From positions 1-35,499 of the IMG/VR virus record IMGVR_UViG_3300011335_000224: a DNA stretch of 35,499 bases. One strand, written 5' to 3'. This DNA comes from a virus. Taxonomy: Duplodnaviria; Caudoviricetes. Below the pieces are notes generated by a model, which ran no database searches, was not told the DNA's origin, and saw only the letters and a program-made list of their open reading frames with translations. How positions within the stretch are numbered: the stretch's first letter is position 1; each line of letters opens with the position of its first letter. The translations under genes were made by a program, and so were the position numbers. This document shows, piece by piece, positions 33,366-35,499 of this stretch.

Positions 33366-35347
33366 ATGATTTAGTAATATTAAACTTTCAAGAGGCAAGG
33401 CAACCCGAATATAGAGAAAAGAGGGGTAAGGGATATATTGAGTTCGGTGAAAAGAATGACTATCCAAGTTATTTGCTTTCACTTTACAATAAATCTGCAA
33501 AGCATAATGCAATTGTAAAAGGAAAGGTCAATTACATTATCGGAAATGGTTGGAAAGCAGATGAGGCAGACCCGATTGCAGAGCAGTTCATTGCTCAACC
33601 TAACCAGTTTGAATCATTAGCAGATTTGACAAGGAAGGTTTCAATTGATATTGAAATCTTTGGAGGTGCTTATCTTGAGGTTATTTGGTCTTTAACGGGT
33701 GGCAAGTTAGTTGATGTACTTCATATTGACTATACCAAAATAAGGTCTAACACGGATAATACGCAGTTTTGGTATAAGAAAGATTGGAACGAAAGGAAGG
33801 ATGAGGCAGTACCTATGATGGCATTCAACACCCAAGTCCGTCAAGGTAAGCAGATACTTTATGTAAAAGAATACAGACCAGGTCTTGATACTTATGCATT
33901 GCCTGGATATATGGGTGCATTGAACTATATTGAATCCGATATTGAAGTCAGCAGACACGTTTTGGGGAATGCTCAAACGGGATTCAGTGCATCCAAACTT
34001 ATTACCCTTCCTAATGGAGAACCTTCACCCGATGAGAAAAGGAATATTGAAAGAAGATTTACGGATAGGTTTAGCGGTAGCGATGGTAAGAAGTTTATTC
34101 TTTCATTTACAACCGACCCTGCACGTAAGCCTATCATTGAGGACCTCGGTGCATCCGATATCACCAAAGAGGACTTCACAAGGGTTGATTTAATTATTCA
34201 AAACAATCTTTTCGCAGGGCATCAAATTACTTCTCCAAGTCTTTTTGGTATTGCAGAACCTGGGCAACTTGGTTCAAGAACTCAGATGAGGGACAGTTAC
34301 GAAATTTTTAAGAGCACATATTGTAATGATAAACAACAATTCCTTGAAGGAGTATTTAATCAACTTGCAAGACTTAAAGGTGCTACTTCTGATATCACTA
34401 TTATTCCAGTAGAACCTATTGGGTTTGAGTTAAGCGAGGCAGCACTTTTGCAAATTGCACCAAAAGAATGGTTATTGGAGAAGGCAGGTATTGATATGTC
34501 AAAATATCAGCCTAATGTAACAAATCAACCTGCATCAAATGAAGTACAAGCAGAGGTAAACGATAACTTGAAAAATCTTAGCGGTAGACAATATCAACAA
34601 TTGATGAGGGTTATCAGGCAATACTCTCAGGGTAAGATTACTAAAGAGATTGCAACCACTATGCTAAAAGCAGGTCTTGGTATGAAGGATGATGAGATTA
34701 ATACCATGCTCGGTATTGATGATGACCCTTCAACCGATGACTTCCAATTTTCTGCATTAGATGAGGATACAGTTATCGGAATGTTTAGCGAATGCGGTGA
34801 ACCTAAAAGCAATTACAACATATTGCATTCAAAGGCGGTATTTAGTGCAAGAGAAGCATTTGCAGACGATTCTTTGATAGATAGAGCATTGGATAAGCAA
34901 ATCCTTGCCTTGATAGATAAAGACCCTAAAATAAGCATTGATGACATTGCAGGGGCAGTCAAGAAAAGCAGAGATGTAGTACAAGGAAGGTTAAGTTACT
35001 TGGTTGAATCTGGTGCAATCAATTATGACCCTAAGATTGAGGAAAGAAAACTTACCAAACCATTGAGCAAATTGGTTGATGATATGGAGGTAACAACCTT
35101 TGAGGTAAGATATTCTTATGAGTGGAAACCTATTGTACCATCTTCTCAGCGAGATACTGCTGCACATCCTTCAAGGCAATTTTGCAGGAAGTTAATTGCA
35201 GAAGATAAGTTTTGGACAAGGAAAGGAATTGAGATGCTGAGTGCAAGACTTGGATATTCCGTATTTGATAGAGGCGGTGGTTGGTGGGGAGATTCACCAA
35301 GTTGCAGGCATGAGTGGAGAAGAAACGTAGTTGTAAAAAAGAAATAA
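33362..35347 (+). CDS. Portal protein with C-terminal wHTH and Cys/His (MuF-like) extension
   Basis: FGEKNDYP..L..LY..SAKHNAI, FGGAYLEV, GHQITSPSLFGI portal-type patterns; extension has LDKQIL..I...P.IS...IA and SRQFC...CRHEW. Confidence 0.8.
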   Translation: MNDLVILNFQEARQPEYREKRGKGYIEFGEKNDYPSYLLSLYNKSAKHNAIVKGKVNYIIGNGWKADEADPIAEQFIAQPNQFESLADLTRKVSIDIEIFGGAYLEVIWSLTGGKLVDVLHIDYTKIRSNTDNTQFWYKKDWNERKDEAVPMMAFNTQVRQGKQILYVKEYRPGLDTYALPGYMGALNYIESDIEVSRHVLGNAQTGFSASKLITLPNGEPSPDEKRNIERRFTDRFSGSDGKKFILSFTTDPARKPIIEDLGASDITKEDFTRVDLIIQNNLFAGHQITSPSLFGIAEPGQLGSRTQMRDSYEIFKSTYCNDKQQFLEGVFNQLARLKGATSDITIIPVEPIGFELSEAALLQIAPKEWLLEKAGIDMSKYQPNVTNQPASNEVQAEVNDNLKNLSGRQYQQLMRVIRQYSQGKITKEIATTMLKAGLGMKDDEINTMLGIDDDPSTDDFQFSALDEDTVIGMFSECGEPKSNYNILHSKAVFSAREAFADDSLIDRALDKQILALIDKDPKISIDDIAGAVKKSRDVVQGRLSYLVESGAINYDPKIEERKLTKPLSKLVDDMEVTTFEVRYSYEWKPIVPSSQRDTAAHPSRQFCRKLIAEDKFWTRKGIEMLSARLGYSVFDRGGGWWGDSPSCRHEWRRNVVVKKK

Positions 35348-35348
35348 G

Positions 35349-35499
35349 ATGAGCAGAAATATACTTTTCATTTCAGTAGATACGATTAAAGATAGAACTG
35401 GACTTCATGTTAACGTTGACCCTAAATTGGTATTTCCTGACATATTATATGCTCAGGATGCCTACATTTTACCTGCACTTGGTACTGCACTTTATGAAA
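35349..35499 (+). CDS. 5' part of the head-tail adaptor gene (continues across the origin to 570)
   Basis: ATG 1 nt after the portal stop; frame is continuous with ORF 55-570. Confidence 0.75.
   Translation, partial: MSRNILFISVDTIKDRTGLHVNVDPKLVFPDILYAQDAYILPALGTALYE
35373..35499. repeat. Terminal direct repeat, copy 2
   Basis: Identical to 1-127. Confidence 0.95.

Noticed and set aside
1626-34812. Minus-strand ORFs in the ORF track
   Set aside because: All lie antisense to well-supported + strand genes and show no recognisable motifs; treated as shadows.
1-35372. Stop-codon reassignment
   Set aside because: Genes tile densely under the standard bacterial code, and TAA, TAG and TGA all end genes at coupled junctions.
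35373-35499. 127-bp terminal repeat as a biological DTR
   Set aside because: The length equals a common assembler k-mer and it falls mid-gene; best explained as circular contig overlap.

Overview
The window is a complete, circularly closed tailed-phage genome of 35,372 unique bp. The last 127 bp (35373-35499) repeat the first 127 bp, most likely a k=127 assembly overlap. All credible genes are on the + strand. The host is probably Bacteroidota, inferred from TANNTTTG/A-type promoter elements and A-rich starts lacking Shine-Dalgarno sequences. Gene order: head-tail joining and tail fibre genes (1-5.8 kb); lysis cassette with two holin-like genes, a u-spanin-like lipoprotein and an M15 endolysin (6-7.2 kb); early/replication region with an XRE HTH, annealing protein, SSB, replication initiator, VRR-NUC and a sigma-like factor (8.6-15 kb); a modification block with 2 methyltransferases, 3 glycosyltransferases, a Com-like Zn ribbon, ParB and an ABC-ATPase-GNAT fusion running into the terminase genes (15.7-22.8 kb); a 500-bp structured non-coding region; then tail, protease, scaffold, capsid, tail tube and portal genes. 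I saw no integrase, DNA polymerase, tRNA or CRISPR array. The most novel signal is two leader RNAs that differ in sequence but share an architecture: promoter, then a hairpin whose 7-nt loop motif is the exact reverse complement of a 7-nt unpaired segment of a downstream terminator hairpin. Other notable signals are two homopolymer recoding sites, a candidate late-promoter motif, and extra domains inside the portal and the prohead protease. All product calls come from motif recognition by eye, not from database searches.
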